A stretch of DNA of 64,000 bases from positions 98,270,001 to 98,334,000 of the forward strand of contig NC_091989.1 in assembly GCF_044704955.1 (NCBI RefSeq), written 5' to 3'. The notes under the pieces are model-generated. The model saw nothing but the letters and a program-made list of their open reading frames with translations. It had not been told where the DNA came from and ran no database searches. Of this stretch, positions 37,008-49,100 are shown in pieces (the first letter of the stretch is position 1; each line of letters starts with the position of its first letter). Origin of the DNA: Pristiophorus japonicus (taxonomy: Eukaryota). The translations under genes and the position numbers were made by a program.

Positions 37008-39501
37008 GGAGTCAAGATGGCTGCCGGGGTGGTAGCTCCCGAGGGAGCGCCCCTGCTCCAAACAACTCCCACCAGCTGTTGGCAACTTTCTGCCCCCCCC
37101 CCTCAACCTTCCCCCTCCCGCTGTCTAAAACTCCACTATCCAAATAGATCCTAATAGGGGGTCTAAGCATGTAAACCCTTACCCGAGTTCGGACTATTCT
37201 GGCCTACCGCAGGCTTCCTACCACATCAATTTCTGACGACCTCCGGAGGCGTCATCCTCGACCTGGACATGGTTATCGGGGCTCCAAACCCCGCCACCCC
37301 CTGCGATGATCTGATCGGAACACCTCCAGTGATGGCAGATGGGCCTCTCCTCCACGACGGAGTCTGGGCCTCCTCGATGTAGGCTGGACCTCCTGTGGAG
37401 AGAGACGAGCTCCTCCTCAAAGACGACTGGGTTGCCCTCACCCATGTCGGCGACTGGCCTCCCCTCCTCCTTCAGCAACGACTGGAGCTCTCCTTCCCAA
37501 CCGGTGGCCTGGCCTCTTCTCCACCTCCAATACGTGGTGAGTTCCATGGCTGTGACCCCCGTGCCCTCCCACCCTGAACCCCGGTGGGCCACTGACCCTC
37601 CCAATGCCTGTCCCCAACCAGGCCTCGGAAAACCTACCACCAAGGGCGCGAGCCTGTGGCCAACATCTTGCCGCAGGCAACTAGGCCCCTATAGCAGTGC
37701 CTGGTCTCCAGTCATCTTGGACCCCCTTGCCACTGGATCAAGACCTCGCTCAGCTAAGCCCGTGTGGTAGCCAGTGTGCAACGACCATCTCATGCACAGG
37801 CATCTTCCACTCGGTTAACTTGAAGTTCGGGACCTGGAACGTCAGGACCCTCATGGACAACCCCAATAGTGACAAGCCGGAACACCGCACCGCCATAGTT
37901 GCCTGGGAACTTAGACGCTTTGATTTCGACATCGCCGGCCTAAGCGAGACCCAGTGGGCAGCAGAAGGCCAGCTCAAGAAACAAGGTGGAGATTACACCT
38001 TCTTCTGGAAAGGGAAACCAGAGGAAGAACGGCGCCTCCACAGAGTCAGCTTCGCCATCAAAAACTAGCTGGTTGACCGCCTCAAAGACTCCCCCTGCGG
38101 GGCTAACGAACGCCTCATGACTCTCCGACTCACCCTATCCCGGAACCAGTGCACCACAGTCATCATTGCATATGCCTCGACACTCGATGCAACTGATGAG
38201 GCCAAAGAGGGTTTTTACACCAACCTCGAAAAATCCCTGTCCTGCGTCCCCGCGGATAATAAACTGATCTTCCTCGGTAACTTCAACACCAGGGTTGGCA
38301 AGGACACAGACCTCTGGGGAGGGTGGGGGGGGCATGATTGGCAGAGAAGAGGTAGGGAAAGCCAACTCCAGTGATACCCTACTCCTGACAAATGTCTAGA
38401 GCATGAATTTGCCAGAGGGACAAATACAAGGTATGGTGGCAACACTCTTGCTTCAAGCACTGGCACATGCTTGACTATATCATTATCTGAACTAGGGATC
38501 ACAAGGATGTGCGCATCACCTGCGCCATGACAGGATGGACCACCGCCTAATCTGGTCCATCATCAACATCAACATAGTCCCAAAGCGGAGGGGGTAGCAG
38601 AAGCAGCGCTGCAAAAAAGTCAATGCCGGAGCACTTAAAGACCCAGCTAAGAGAGCCCTATACAGCCCTACACAGCTAACCTGGTGTGTCTTGATGATCC
38701 CAAGACACAGAATGCCCACAGTGCTTGGTCTGCCCTCCAGGCCTACATAACCAATGCCTGCAAAGAGACACTCGGTTACTCAACCAGGAAACACGAGGAC
38801 TGGTTTGATGAGAATGATCAGGAGATCGAAGAGCTAATAGATCGCAAACGCAGGGCATTTCTGAGCCTTAAAACACAACCCAACACAGGAGCAGCAAAGC
38901 GGCTCAAGGCTGACGTCCAACAAAAAACCCGAGAGCTAAAGAACAGGTGGTGGATGGAGAAACCACAGGAGATACAGCAGCTGGCTGACAACCATAATGT
39001 GCGAGGATTCTTCACCGCAGTCAAGGCCATCTACGGGCCAAACACCCAAGGCCTCACCCCACTGCTGGCCAAGAATGGGAAACATTCATCAAGGACACCA
39101 AGGCAGTCAGGGCCCGCTGGAAGGAACACTTTGAAGATCTCCTCAATCAAGACTCTGCCATTGACTCGAGTGTTCTCGACTCCATCTCGCAGCATGCTAC
39201 CCGCCACCACCTCAGTGAGACCCCAAAACTGCACGAGGTAGAAAAAGTCAGAAGACAGCTTAAAAACAACAAGGCTACGGGTGCAGACAGAATCCCTGCT
39301 AAGGCATTGAAGTATGGCAGAGAGGCACTGCTGGCGCGAATACAAAACCTCATCTATCTCATCTGGAGGGAGGAGAGCATGCCGGGGGATCTCAGAGATA
39401 CAGTAATCATGACCATCTTTAAAAAAGTGAACAAGTCTGACTGCAGCAAGTACAGAGGAATCTCCCTGCTATCAGCCATTGGGAAGGACGTCACGAGAGT
39501 C
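37008..39501 (+). mobile_element. RTE LINE, 5' half (5'UTR, endonuclease; frameshifted)
   Basis: KFGTWNVRTL, GLSETQW, FLGNFNTRVG, YRGISLLSAIGK. Confidence 0.94.
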
Positions 39502-39600
39502 ATAGAAACATAGACACATAGAAAATAGGTGCAGGAGTAGGCCATTTGGCCCTTCGAGCCTGCACCACCATTCAATAAGTTCATGGCTGAACATGCAACT

Positions 39601-42600
39601 TCAGTACCCCATTCCTGCTTTCTCGACATACCCCTTGATCCCCCTAGTAGTAAGGACTTCATCAAACTCTCTTTTGAATATATTTAGTGAATTGGCCTCA
39701 ACAACTTTCTGTGGTAGAGAATTCCACAGGTTCACCACTCTCTGGGTGAAGAAGTTTCTCCTCATCTCGGTCCTAAATGGCTTACTCCTTATCCTTAGAC
39801 TGTGATCCCTGGTTCTGGATTTACCCAACATTGGGAACATTCTTCCTGCATCTAACCTGTATAAACCCGTCAGAATTTTAAATGTTTCTATGAGATCCCC
39901 TCTCATTCTTCTGAACTCCAGTGAATACAAGCCCAGTTTATCCAATCTTTCTTGATATGTCAGTCCCGCCATCCCGGGAATCAGTCAGGTGAACCTCCGC
40001 TGCACTCCCTCAATAGCAAGCATGTCCTTCCTCAAGTTAGGAGACCAAAACTGTACACAATACTCCAGGTGTGACCTCACCAAGGCCCTGCCCAACTGTA
40101 GTAACACCTCCCTGCCTCTGTACTCAAATCCCCTCGCTATGAAGGCCAACATGCCATTTGCTTTCTTAACCGCCTGCTGTATCTACATGCCAACCTTCAA
40201 TGACTGATGTACCATGACACCCAGGTCTCGTTGCACCTCCCCTTTTCCTAATCTGTCACCATTCAGATAATAGTCTGTCTCTCTGTTTTTACCACCAAAG
40301 TGGATAACCTCACATTTATCCACATTATACTTCATCTGCCATGCATTTGCCCACTCACCTAACCTATCCAAGTCACTCTGCAGCCTCATAGCATCCTCCT
40401 CGCAGCTCACACTGCCACCCAACTTAGTGTCATCCGCAAATTTGGAGATACTACATTTAATCCCCTCTTCTAAATCAACAATGTACAATGTAAACAGCTG
40501 GGGCCCCAGCAAAGAACCTTGTGGTACCCTACTAGTCACTGCCTGCCATTCTGAAAAGTACCATTTACTCCTACTCTTTGCTTTCTGTCTGCCAACCAGT
40601 TCTCAATCCATGTCAGCACACTACCCCCAATCCCATGTGCTTTAACTTTGCACATTAATCTCTTGTGTGGGACCTTGTCTAAAGCCTTCTGAAAGTCCAA
40701 ATACACCACATCAACTGGTTCTCCCTTGTCCACTCTACTGGAAACATCCTCAAAAAATTCCAGAAGATTTGTCAAGCATGATTTTCCTTTCACAAATCCA
40801 TGCTTACTTGGACGTTTCATGTCACCTCTTTCCAAATGCGCTGCTATGACATCCTTAATAATTGATTCCATCATTTTACCCACTACCGATGTCAGGCTGA
40901 CCGGTCTATAATTCCCTGTTTTCTCTCTCCCTCCTTTTTTAAAAAGTGGGGTTACATTGGCTACCCTCCACTCCATAGGAACTGATCCAGAGTCAATGGA
41001 ATGTTGGAAAATGGCTGTCAATGCATCCACTATTTCCAAGGCCACCTCCTTAAGTACTCTGGGATGCAGTCCATCAGGCCCTGGGGATTTATCGGCCTTC
41101 AATCCCATTAATTTCCCCAACACAATTTCCCGACTAATAAGGATTTCCCTCAGTTCCTCCTTCTTACTAGACCCTCTGACCCCTTTTATATCTGGAAGGT
41201 TGTTTGTGTCCTCCTTAGTGAATTCCGAACCAAAGTACTTGTTCAATTGGTCTGCCATTTCTTTGTTCCCCATTATGACTTCCCCTGATTATGACTGCAG
41301 AGGACTTACGTTTGTCTTTACCAACCTTTTTCTCTTTACATATCTATAGAAACTTTTGCAGTCCGTCTTAATGTTCTCTGCAAGCTTCCTCTCGTACTCT
41401 ATTTTCCCTGCCCTAATCAAACCCTTTGTCCTCCTCTGCTGAGTTCTAAATTTCTCCCAGTCCCTGGGTTCACTGCTATTTCTGGCCAATTTGTATGCCA
41501 CTTCCTTGGCTTTAATACTATCCCTGATTTCCCTTGATAGCCACGGTTGAGCCACCTTCCCTTTTTTATTTTTACGCCAGTCAGGGGTGTACATTTGTTG
41601 TAGTTCATCCATGCAGTCTCTAAATGTCTGCCATTGCCCATCCACAGTCAACCTCTTAAGTATTATTCGCCAATCTATCCTAGACAATTCACGCCTCATA
41701 CCTTCAAAGTTACCCTTCTTTAAGTTCTGGACCATGGTCTCTGAATTAACTGTTTCATTCTCCATCCTAATGTAGAATTCCACCATATTATGGTCACTCT
41801 TTCCCAAGGGGCCTCGCACAACGGGATTGCTAATTAATCCTCTCTCATTACACAACACCCAGTCTAAGATGACCTCCCCCCTAGTTGGTTCCTCGACATA
41901 TTGGTCTAGAAAACCATCCCTTATGCACTCCAGGAAATCCTCCTCCACCGTATTGCTTCCAGTTTGGTTAGCCCAATTTATATGCATATTAAAGTCACCC
42001 ATGATAACTGCTGCACCCTTATTGCATGCATCCTTAATTTCCTGTTTGATGCCCTCCCCAACATCACTACTACTGTTTGGAGGTCTGTACACAACTCCCA
42101 CTAACGTTTTTTGCCCTTTGGTGTTCTGCAGCTCTACCCATATAGATTCCACATCATCCAAGCTAATGTCCTTCCTAACTATTGCATTAATCTCCTCTTT
42201 AACCAGCAGTGCTACCCCACCTCCTTTTCCTTTTATTCTATCCTTCCTGAATGTTGAATACCCATGGATGTTGAGTTTCCAGCCATGATCATCCTGGAGC
42301 CACGTCTCTGTAATCCCAATAACATCATATCTATTAACATCTATTTGCACAGTTAATTCATCCACCTTATTACGGATACTCCTTGCATTAAGGCACAAAG
42401 CCTTCAGGCTTGTTTTTTTAACACCCTTTGTCCTTTTAGAATTATGATGTAGTGTGACCCTTTTTATTTCTTGCCTTTGTTTACTCGGCCTTCCACCATT
42501 GCTTTTTACCTTTCTACCATCTGTTTCTGACTCCATATTACTCCGCCCTATCTCGCTGCATAGGTTCCCATCTCCCTGCCATATTAGTTTAAACACTCCC

Positions 42601-42602
42601 AA
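39601..42602 (-). pseudogene. CR1 ORF2 (APE endonuclease + RT), broken by a few frameshifts/stops
   Basis: LCLNARSI, GITETW, MGDFN, SDHNMV, YLDFQKA, PQGSLLGP, FADDTKL. Confidence 0.95.
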
Positions 42603-43496
42603 ACTGCATTAGCAAATGTTACCCCCAGGACATCAGTTCCAGTCCTGCCCAATTGCAGACCATCCCTTTTGTACAGGTCCCACTTCCCCCAGAACTTGCT
42701 CCAATGTCCCAGGAATTTGAATCCCTCTCTCTTGCACCCCTGCTCAAGCCACATATTTATTCTAACTATCCTGCTCCCTCTACTCTGATTAGCATGTAGT
42801 ACTGGTAGCAATCCAGAGATTACTACCTTTGATGTCCTACTTTTTAATTTAACTCCTAGCTCGCTAAATTCAGCGTATAGGACCTCTTCCCACTTCTTAC
42901 CTATATCGTTGGTACCTACATGTACCATGTTCACCCTCCCTCTCCAGAATGCTCTGCAGCCACTCCGAGACATCCTTGACCCTTGCACCAGGGAGGCAAC
43001 ATACTATCCTGGAGTCTCGGTTGCAGCTGCAGAAACTCCTATCTATTCCCCTTACAATAGAGTCCCCTATCACTATAGCTCTCCCACTCTTTTTCCCGCC
43101 CTTCTGTGCAGCAGAGCCACCCATGGTGCCATGAACCTGGCTGCTGGTGCCTTCCCCTGGTAAGTCATCTCCCCCAACAGTACCCAAAACGGTATATCTG
43201 TTTTGGAGGGAGATGACCGCAGGGGACTCCTGCACTACCTTCCTGCTCTTGCCTTGTCTCTTGGTCACCCATTCACTATCTGTCCTAACCCTTACCTGCG
43301 GTGTGACCAACTCACTAAATGTGCTATCCACAACATTCTCAGCATCGCGCATGCTCCAGAGTGAGTCCATCCGCAGCTCCAGTGCCATCATGCGGTCTGT
43401 CAGGAGCTGCAGCTGGACTCACTTCCCGCACACAGCATCCCTGACTTCCCACATAGCACAGTAGGAGCATGACACGGGTCCGAGCTCTCCTGCCAT
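42584..43496 (-). pseudogene. CR1 ORF1 (zinc finger/coiled coil + SGNH esterase-like domain), disrupted
   Basis: VIGDSIVRG, CCLPGA, VHVGTND, DGLQL. Confidence 0.9.
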
Positions 43497-44187
43497 GACT
43501 TAACCCTTAAATTAATTTACTTACAAAAATTTCTTTAACACCAAACAGCTACTTAGTAGTTCGCTGCCAATTAAACCAATCTAAAAGTCAGTCTAAAAGA
43601 GAGTTATACTGACCAGTCGAACAGCCAACCACTTACCAGCTTGGCTGTGACGTCACCTCTCAATTTTGCACCCCTCTATCTTTGTCTGTAACTAGTTGGG
43701 CTGGTCTCTGGGCCTCCGTCTCCTATTCTCACACTCCTTATCAGCTGCTCTAGTATCAGCACTGGTAGGTAAAACAAGACAAAACAGCACCTGCCACCCC
43801 CGCTTGCCCAAACTCACCCACTTACCAAACTCACAAATGCCACTCTATGCTGTTGCACTCTGTGCTCTGCACGAGCTGCCTCTTTTTATACTGTATCTAG
43901 GTCAGATGACTCACTACTGGTCAGTCGTTTACAGAACTGGTGTTAACTAGCTGCTAATTGCCTCCTACTGGAGAGTTACCTTGTTTTTCTCTGCCTAAAC
44001 CTGAAACATTCCCAACTATTTAACTTTTCCCCTTTAAATTAAACTGCTACTTACTTAGAAGCTACTGGCAATTGCCACTAACAATTTACTCCAGCCTCCA
44101 AATGGTTTAAAGAGAATAACTCTTAAAACTCACCCACTTGCGAAACTCACAAATGCCACTCTATGCTCTTGCACTCCGTGCTCAGTC

Positions 44188-45686
44188 CTCCTCAACCGAC
44201 TTCTTCCCGTGGCTGAGGAGCTTCTCCTGGAGTCATAGTGAAGATTTCGTCCCCTACGGGCAAAATGGACATGCTTTTTGCAGCGCGACAATTACAGGAA
44301 AAATGCAGGGAACAGTGCCAGCCCTTATACATAGCCTTCTTCGACCTTACAAAGGCCTTTGACATTGTCAACCGCGAGGGTCTATGGAGCATCCTCCTCC
44401 ATTTCGGATTACCTCAAAAGTTCATCACCATCCTCCGCCTGCTCCACGATGACATGCAGTCTGTGATCCGTACCAGCGGACCCATCACAGACCCAATCCA
44501 CGTCCGGAACAAGTTAATCGCCCCAACCCTCTTCTCAATCTTTCTCGCCGCCATGCTCCACCTCACAGTCAACAAGCTCCCTGCTGGAGTGGAACTAAAC
44601 TACAGAACCAGTGGGAACGTGTTCAACCTGCGTCGTCTCCAGGCCAGATCCAAGACCACCCCAACCTCTGTCTTCAAGCTACAGTACACGGACGACGCCT
44701 GCATCTGCGCACATACAGAGGCTGCACTCAGGACATAGTCGACATATTTACTGAGGCGTACGAAAGCATGGGCCTTACGCTAAACATCCGTAAGATGAAG
44801 GTCCTCCACCAGCCTGTCCTCATCACACAGCACTGCGCCCCAGTCATCAAGGTCCACAACGCGGCCCTGGACAACATGGACCACTTTCCATATCTCAGGA
44901 GCCTCCTATCAACAAGCGCAGGCATTGACGACGAGATCCAACACCACCTCCAGTGCACCAGTGCAGTCTTCAGCTACCTGAGGAAAAGAGTGTTTGAAGA
45001 CCAGGCCCTCAAAACTGCCACCAACCTCATGGTCTACAGAGCTGTAGTAATACCTGCCCTCTTGTATGGCTCAGAGACATGGACCATGTACAGTAGACAC
45101 CTCAAGTTGCTGGAGAAATATCAGCAGCAATGTCTCCGCAAGATCCTACAAATCCCCTGGGAGCATAGGTGCACCAACATCAGTGTCCTCATTCAGGCTA
45201 ACATCCCCAGCATTGAAGCACTGACCACATTCGATCAGCTCCGCTGGGCAGGCCACATAACCCGCATGCCAGACATGAGACTTCCAAAGCAAATGCTCTA
45301 CTCGGAGCTTCTTCGTGGCAAACAAGCCAAAGGTGGGCAGTGGAAATGCTACAACGACACCCTCAAAGCCTCCCTGACAAAGTGCAACATCCCCACCGAC
45401 ACCTGGGAGTCCCTGGCGCAAGACCGCCCTAAGTGGAGGAAGTGCATCCGAGAAGGCACTGAGCACCTCGAGTCTCAACGCCGAGAGCATGCAGAAATCA
45501 AGCGCAGGCAGCGGAAAGAGTGTGTGGCAAACTAGTCCCACTCACCCCTTCCCTCAACGTCTATCTGTCCCACCTCTGACAGAGTCTGTTGCACTCGTAT
45601 TGGACTGTTCGGCCATCAAAGAACTCACTTTAGGAATGGAAGCAAGTCTTCCTCGATTCCGAGAGACTGCCTATGATGATGATGAT
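44188..45686 (+). mobile_element. RTE LINE, 3' half (RT)
   Basis: FFDLTKAFD, LQYTDD, LLYGSETW; (GAT)n tail. Confidence 0.95.
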
Positions 45687-45869
45687 TTATCCCTCAATCA
45701 AAATAACAAAAACAGATTATCTGGTCATTATCACATTGCAGGGTGCTTGCTGTGCACAAATTGGCTGCTGCGTTTTCTACATTAGAATAGTGACTACACT
45801 CTAAACAGTATTTCATAGCTTTGAGACATCCGGTGGTCATGAAAGGTGCTATATTGCAAGTCTTTTTTT
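45687..45869 (+). mobile_element. Deu-domain SINE, 3' half
   Basis: Resumes TTATCCCTCAATCA...CAAATTGGCTGC...GCAAGTCTTTT, rejoining 37007. Confidence 0.8.
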
Positions 45870-46149
45870 AGGGTGCTTGTATGTGTCCCACTGTTTCCAT
45901 TCTCATCTATTGGGCTGAAAATTGTGGTCTGCGGCTTCCGTCGTACGAATGCCTCTGACCCCCAAAAAATCTACGAAACTACCTGTTGGTCCCAAAGGAA
46001 TGTAGGATTCTGGTCTGAGGCCTTCATTCGCTGTGCAGCGAATGGGAAAATGTCTTCCACATCCAAACGCATCTGCTGGAATCACGTGTGCCTGGACCAC
46101 CAATCACTATCTAGTATTCGCATTGATAAAAATGGGAGCTCTGTTTGTA

Positions 46150-49100
46150 GGGAGTCCGAGAGTGGGAGAGTTCGGGAGAGTCCGAGAACCGGAGAACAAG
46201 AGAACTCGAGAGAGTCGGAGAGCGTTAGTGTGCGGGAGAGTCGGAGAGCGGGAGTGTGCGGGAGGGTAAGAGAGTGGGAGAGTTCGGGAGAGTCGGTGAG
46301 CAAGAGAGCTCGGGAGAGTCGGAGAGCGGGAGAGTTCGGGAGAGTCGGAGAGTGGGAGTGTGCAGGAGAGTCGGAGAGCGGGAGAGTTCAGGAGAGTCGG
46401 AGAGTAAGAGAGCTCAGGAGAGTCGGAGAGCAAGAGAATTCGGGAGAGTCGGAGAGCGGGAGAGTTCGGGAGAGTCGGAGACCAAGAGAGCTCGGGAGAG
46501 TCGGAGAGCTGGAGAGTTCAGGAGAGTCGGAGAGCAAAAGAGCTCGGGAGAGTCGGAGAGCGGTAGTGTGCGGGAGAGTCGGAGAGCGGGAGAGTTCGGG
46601 AGAGTCAGAGAGTGGGAGTGTGCGGGAGAGTCGGAGAGCAGAAGTGTGTGGGAGAGTCGGAGAGCGGGAGAGTTCGGGAGAGTCAGAGAGTGGGAGTGTG
46701 TGGGAGAGTCGGAGAGCGGGAGAGTTCGGGAGAGTCGGAGAGCAAGAGAGTTCGGGAGAGTCGGAGAGCGGGAGTGTGCGGGAGAGTTGGAGAGCGGGAG
46801 AGTCCGGGAGAGTCGGAGAGCGGGAGAGTTCGGGAGAGTCGGAGAGCAAGAGAGCTCGGAAGAGTCGGAGAGCGGGAGTGTGCGGGAGAGTCAGAGAGTG
46901 GGAGAGTTCAGGAGAGTCGGAGAGCAAGAGAGCTCGGGAGAGTCGGAGAGCGGGAGTGTGTGGGAGAGTCGGAGAGCGGGAGAGTTCGGGAGAGTCAGAG
47001 AGTGGGAGTGTGCGGGAGAGTCGGAGAGCGGGAGAGTTCGGGAGAGTCGGAGAGCAAGAGAGTTCGGGAGAGTCGGAGAGCGGGGGTGTGCGGGAGAGTT
47101 GGAGAGCGGGAGAGTCCGGGAGAGTCGGAGAGCGGGAGAGTTCGGGAGAGTCGGAGAGCAAGAGAGCTTGGGAGAGCCAGAGAGCGGGAGTGTGCGGGAG
47201 AGTCAGAGAGTGGGAGAGTTCAGGAGAGTCGGAGAGGAAGAGACCTCGGGAGAGTCAGAGAGCGGGAGTGTGCGGGAGAGTCAGAGAGCGGGAGAGTTCG
47301 GGAGAGTCGGAGAGGAAGAGAGCTTGGGAGAGTCGGAGAGCTGGAGTGTGCGGGAGAGTCGGAGAGCGGGAGAGTTCGGGAGAGTCGGAGAGCAAGTGAG
47401 CTCGGGAGAGTCGGAGAGCGGGAGTGTGCGGGAGAGTCGGAGAGCGGGAGAGTTCGGGAGAGTCGGAGAGCAAGAGACCTCGGGAGAGTCGGAGAGCAGG
47501 AGTGTGCGGGAGAGTCGGAGAGCGGGAGAGTTCGGGAGAGTCGGAGAGCAAGAGAGCTCGGGAGAGTCGGAGAGCGGGAGTGTGCGGGAGAGTCGGAGAT
47601 CGGGAGAGTTCGGGAGAGTCAGAGAGTGGGAGTGTGCGGGAGAGTCGGAGAGCGGGAGAGTTTGGGAGAGTTGGAGAGCAAGAGAGTTCGGGAGAGTCGG
47701 AGAGCGGGAGTGTGCGGGAGAGTTGGAGAGCGGGAGAGTCCGGGAGAGTCGGAGAGCGGGAGAGTTCGGGAGAGTCGGAGAGCAAGAGAGCTCGGGAGAG
47801 TCGGAGAGCGAGAGTGTGTGGGAGAGTCAGAGAGTGGGAGAGTTCAGGAGAGTCGGAGAGCAAGAGAGCTCGGGAGAGTCGGAGAGCGGGAGAGTCGGAG
47901 AGCGGGAGTGTTCGGGAGAGACCAAGAGCAGGATAGTTAAGGAGAGTCGGAGAGTGGGAGAGCTCGGGAGAGTCGGAGAGCGAGAGCGTGCAGGAGAGTC
48001 GGAGAGCGGGAGAGTTCGGGAGAGTTCGGGAGAGTCGGAGAGCGGGAGAGTGTGGGAGAGTCGGAGAGTGGGAGTGTTCGGGAGAGACCAAGAGCAGGAT
48101 AGTTAAGGAGAGTCGGAGAGTGGGAGAGTTCGGGAGAGACCAAGAGCAGGATAGTTAAGGAGAGTCGGGGAGCGGGAGAGTTTGGGAGAGTCGGAGAGTG
48201 GGAGTGTGCGGGAGAGTCAGAGAGCGGGAGAGTTCGAGAGAGTCGGAGAGCAAGAGAGCTCGGGAGAGTCGGACAGCAGGAGAATTCGGGAGAGTCGGAG
48301 AGCGGGAGAGTTCGGGAGAGTCGGAGAGCAAGAGAGCTCGGGAGATTCGGAGAGCAGGAGAATTCGGGAGAGTCAGAGAGCAAGAGACCTCGGGAGAGTC
48401 GGAGAGCGGGAGTGTGCGGGAGAGTCGGAGAGCGGGAGAGTTCGGGAGAGTCGGAGAGCAAGAGAGCTCGGGAGATTCGGAGAGCAGGAGAATTCGGGAG
48501 AGTCAGAGAGCAAGAGACCTCGGGAGAGTCGGAGAGCGGGAGAGTCCGGGAGAGTCGGAGAGCAAGTGAGCTCAGGAGAGCCGGAGAGCGGGAGTGTGCG
48601 GGAGAGTCGGAGAGCGGGAGAGTTCGGAAGAGTCGGAGAGCAAGAGAGCTCGGGAGAGTCGGAAAGCGGGAGTGTGCGGGAGAGTCGGAGAGCGGGAGAG
48701 TTCGGGAGAGTCGGAGAGCAAGAGAGCTCGGGAGAGTCAGAGAGTGGGAGAGTTCAGGAGAGTCGGAGAGCAAGAGAGCTCGGGAGAGTCGGAGAGCGGG
48801 AGAGTCGGAGAGCGGGAGTGTTCGGGAGAGACCAAGAGCAGGATAGTTAAGGAGAGTCGGAGAGTGGGAGAGCTCGGGAGAGTCGGAGAGCGAGAGCGTG
48901 CAGGAGAGTCGGAGAGCGGGAGAGTTCGGGAGAGTTCGGGAGAGTCGGAGAGCGGGAGAGTGTGGGAGAGTCGGAGAGTGGGAGTGTTCGGGAGAGACCA
49001 AGAGCAGGATAGTTAAGGAGAGTCGGAGAGTGGGAGAGTTCGGGAGAGACCAAGAGCAGGATAGTTAAGGAGAGTCGGGGAGCGGGAGAGTTTGGGAGAG

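Larger units (their letters stand above)
39502..44183 (-). mobile_element. Near full-length CR1 LINE inserted into the RTE
   Basis: (CATAGAAA)n tail; short TSD AGTC (39498-39501, 44184-44187); the RTE frame continues across it (VTRV|LLNRLLP). Confidence 0.96.
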
